DNA of 64,000 nt from Malacoraja senta (lineage: Eukaryota), in assembly GCA_038087875.1 (NCBI GenBank), contig CM075993.1:6140001-6204000 (forward strand), given 5' to 3'. The notes beneath the pieces are model-generated. The model worked only from the letters and a program-made list of their open reading frames with translations. It was not told the DNA's origin and did no database searches. The position numbers and the translations under genes were made by a program. This document shows positions 59,691-64,000 of the stretch, piece after piece (position 1 is the first letter of the stretch; every line of letters starts with the position of its first letter).

Positions 59691-60836
59691 TCTTGATTTA
59701 CAAGGTTGATGACAGGACTCGAGTGTCTGAGCTACAGGGAGAGGCTGAGTAGGCTGGGTCTCTTATTTCTTGAGCGCAGGAGGACGAGGGTGATCTTATA
59801 GAGGTGTACAAAATCATGAGATGAATAGATCAAGTAGACACATGAGTCTCTTGCCCAGAGTAGTGGAATATTGAATGGGAGGATATTGGTTTAAGGTGAA
59901 GGGAGAAATACTTAACAGGAATCTGAGGGGTAACTTTTTCACACAAAGGGTGGTGGGTGTTTGGAACGAGCTGCCGGAGGAGGTAGTTGAGGCTGGGACT
60001 CAACTATTGCAAAGTTTAAGAAACAATTGGACAGGTGCATGGATAGGATGCTCAGAGGGATATGGGCCAAACGCAGGCAGGTGGGACTAGTGTAGATGGG
60101 ACATGTGTAGGAAGGAACTGCAGATGCTGGTTTAAAATGAAGACAGACACAAAATGCTGTCTAGACAGGCAGCATCTCTAGATAGAAGGAATAGGGCGAC
60201 GTTTTGGGTCGAGGCCCTTCTTCGGACTGAATGGTCGGTATGGGCAAGTTGAGCCGGGGGGCAATACAGTTTCCACGCTGTATGACTCTATCTGTGACTG
60301 CTTCCGGTGAAGGATTGGAATTGACATCACACCCTCCATCACGTCCACACTTATCTGGAAGTTACTGAATGTTCTGAGCTTTGCGTTGGGTTTCAGGTGC
60401 GGACAGAGACAGGGAGCTGTGCAGACAGTCCGAGCGATGCTCACTAGAGCGACCCAAGTTATTGATTACCCTGACATGCCTCTCCCTTGGGGGGGCGGCT
60501 TGGCTTACATTGGAATTTACAGATCCATGCACTTTCTGGCCTTCTCACTATTAGCCATGTCCTTGACTTTTATCAGCGCAATAAAATAGCCTCAAAAGGA
60601 GCATTGTCCCAGCATGGAGTTGCTGGTTAATTATCTGCTCCACAAGGCTCCCAGCACTGGCTTTTACCTTGTGATCACTAAACGCGAGTTAAATGGTGAG
60701 TTTTAACCTGACGCTGAGCTATTGCCTTTTAAAATGTCCTCAGAAATGGTTCAAGGCCTAGGCAACAAACGTTGGCCTTACCTGCGATACCACGATCAAT
60801 GGATACATTTAGACAAAAACTAAACACAGTGCTGAC

Positions 60837-61258
60837 CAAAGATCCTACAGCGAGCAAGATCGTCCACTCGACGAAAAAGACGTAGTACGGTCATGGGCAG
60901 ATTCATGGGTAATTTTCGGCAACATTTCCGTAAACCGGCTTCCGTCTCCGCACCAAAGATCCCGTCATAGCGGAGCAAAGATAGTAGTGCGGAGACGGAA
61001 GCCGGTTACGGAAACATCCTCGTAAAAATCAAAGTTATTTGGGAAAAATCTTCTCCTCGTTTTCAGAATTATAATTTATTAACACAAACTGTTCCCCGCA
61101 GCGTTGATTACACTGCGGGTCGGGTCGGGTCGGGTCGGGTCGGGTCGGGTCAGGTCGGGTTACTAAAATGGATTAAAAAAAGGCCCACGTTGCGTACTAC
61201 ACGTCAGCCCATTGCATTTAGCAGGAGTGGTCTATCTTGCTCCGCTATAGGATCTTTG
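60837..61258. mobile_element. Second, inverted copy of the CAAAGATCC MITE
   Basis: Same TIRs; TSD gtgctgac/gtgctgtc; expanded (cgggt)n. Confidence 0.85.
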
Positions 61259-61497
61259 GTGCTGTCTGGCGAATGGGGTCCGAAATCTAAAAGGATTTTG
61301 CCAGGAGATCTTTATTGCTTGCGAGTTGCTCCAGCACTTAAGGCCATAAGGTCACAAGTGATAGGAGCAGAATACGGCCATTCGGCCCATCAAGTCTACT
61401 CCGCTATTCAATCATGGCTGACCTATCTCTCCCTCTGAACCCCATTCTCCTGCCTTCTCACCATCGCCTCTGACACCCGCACTAATCAAACACACTT

Positions 61498-61980
<483 letters not shown>

Positions 61981-62819
61981 TTTTTGTAAACCAGCATTCT
62001 GTAGTTCCTTGTATCTTCATCTCTGGTGTGACGTGACGTGACGTGACGTGACGTGAGTGAGCGGGCAGCGAGCACAGCAAGCAGTTCACGTTATCTCTAG
62101 CGCAGATAACTGTAAATAAACCAAACAAAACACGACCAGATGTGCTCCGCCTGATGTTGCATGCCAAACCTCTGGATTTCGTGTCAAGCGAGAGGAGGTC
62201 TCGAGAACGGAAGGGAAAGCCAGCTATTTCCCAGCGGTGATTACCATCCCATTGAGCCCTGCGTCATTAGGAGCACGCCATCTTGACGGATGAAGGCTGA
62301 TACCATGAGCATCTTCACCGGCGATCCAAAGATATCCATAAAATCAGACCTACAGGTTCACGGTGACTAAACAAGTCTAATACTAATCACAGCCAGATGA
62401 AATTCCACAGCATGATTCCCCAACTGCCTGTAAAAGTTTCAGAAAGCCAGTTGATAAAATGAACGTTAGACTTTCAGTAAATCCCATGACCTGGGTCATG
62501 AATCATTATCCGGTCATTAAGTACTTTAGGGGCCAGTCCCACTTGGGCGTCATTTGCGTGTCATTTACGTGACATCATTTACGCGTCACAACGCACGACG
62601 CGTGCTTGGTGCGTAGTGACCTAGGCAGTGACGAGCGGTCGCGCGCGGTGCCCCAGGATTTTGGGATTCACAAAATCTTCGCGCGCCATCTGCGTGACGT
62701 GCAAATGACGCCCAAGTGGGACAGGCCTTTAAGTGGGACAGGCCCTTTTCAGATACACGGAGATACATTGGTTGAAACTCAGTTGACCTTCTGTAAGGGG
62801 TTCCCATATTAGCATTCTT

Positions 62820-63142
62820 GGGTGCAACGGTGGTGCAGCGGTAGTGTTGCTACCTTGCAGCGCTTACAGCGCCAGAGACCCGGGTTCGATCCCGACTACG
62901 GGTGCTGTCTGTACGGAGTTTGTACCTTCTCCCCGTGACCTGCGTGGGTTTTCTCCGAGATCTTCGGTTTCCTCCCACACTCCAAGGACGTACATGTTTG
63001 TAGGTTAATTGGTTTGCTGTATGTTTAAATTGTCCCTAGTGTGTGTAGGATAGTGTTAGGGTGCGGGGATCGCTGGTCAGCACGTACTCGGTGGGCCGAA
63101 GGGCCTGTTTCCGCGCTGTATCTCTAAACTAAACTAAACTAA
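62820..63142 (+). mobile_element. Full-length HE1-type tRNA-derived V-SINE
   Basis: A-box TGGTGCAGCGG, B-box GGTTCGATCC, V-core (ggagtttgtac…ttctccccgtgacctgcgtgggttttctcc…tttcctcccacactccaa), CR1-like tail and (taaac)n end. Confidence 0.9.
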
Positions 63143-63704
63143 GGCCCGCTCTTGTATTTGCTCAACTTCATTATCTTTGTAAGTGCGCTTGTTTCAGTGA
63201 CAGTGTGTGAATTGTGAAGGTTAATAAGAGTATGGGGCCCAAGATGGCTGGGAGGTCTTTGTACTTGCAGAAGGTATAACTGCACAGGGCTGGTGTGGGA
63301 TTTCAAAGCTAATGGGCAGTGACGGTTTGTTCCACTCTATAAAGTCTTTATTTGACACTGATGAAGTCCATTCTCCAAGTACAAAACATTGCCTGGTGGG
63401 AACAAATATTAGGCTCTGGACATTGGTGGGAACATTGGGGGGACAGTGGGGGGACATTGGAGGGAAGAGTATGGTGGGGGCACCCGTCAAACAGCGATAA
63501 CTCTCTCGACCTGAAACGTCACCCATTCCCCTTCTCCAGACATGCTATCTGACTCGCTGAGTTACTCCAGCTTTTTTTTCCCCTATCTTAGAGATAAGGC
63601 AGGGACAGATAGATTCTTGATTAGTGCGGGTGTCAGGGGTTATGGGGAGGAGGCAGGAGAATGGGTTTAGGAGGGAGAGATTGATCAGTCATGATTGAAT
63701 CTCT

Positions 63705-64000
63705 CGTGTGAGGTTATCCACTTTGGTGGCAAAAACGGGAAAGCAGACTATTATCTAAATGGTGGCCGATTAGGAAATGGGGAGATGCAGCGAGACCTGG
63801 GTGTCATGGTACACCAGTCATTGAAAGTAGGCATGCAGGTGCAGCAGGCAGTGAAGAAAGCGAATGGTATGTTAGCTTTCATAGCAAAAGGATTTGAGTA
63901 TAGGAGCAGGGAGGTTCTACTGCAGTTGTACAGGGCCTTGGTGAGACCACACCTGGAGTATTGCGTACAGTTTTGGTCTCCAAATCTGAGGAAGGACATT
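63705..64000 (+). mobile_element. CR1 LINE fragment running off the window end
   Basis: QRDLGV…KKANGMLAFI…LVRPHLEYCVQFWSP. Confidence 0.9.

Noticed and set aside
62820..62900. tRNA-like sequence with A and B boxes
   Set aside because: It is a SINE head that continues into the V-core and LINE-like tail, not a tRNA gene

Overview
Repeat-rich vertebrate genomic DNA. The HE1-type V-SINEs, CR1 LINEs and Penelope-like repeats point to a cartilaginous fish, probably a skate or ray (inference). Positions 1219-18066 on the minus strand hold the last 12 coding exons of the myosin co-chaperone UNC45A, all with GT-AG boundaries. Two of these exons carry single-base homopolymer indels, most likely assembly errors. 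The gene's 5' part (TPR region) is not visible; a 200-N gap at 18446-18645 lies just upstream of the last visible exon. Beyond the gap I recognise no known protein-coding gene. There is a CpG-retaining domain at about 28-40 kb containing a promoter-like block and a candidate two-exon minus-strand transcript at 32012-33098. The rest is retroelements (CR1, L2, Rex1/Babar, Tx1-like, HE1 SINE), several MITE families (Harbinger-like, hAT-like, P/hAT-like, one unclassified) and long (CA)n tracts. The most striking signal is roughly 45-50 copies (counted by eye) of a 90-190 bp Penelope-derived module. It carries a minimal hammerhead-ribozyme-like core (CTGAAGA-A-stem II-GAAAC-GTC/GTT), often sits between 13-17 bp target-site duplications, and often occurs as a fold-back palindrome.
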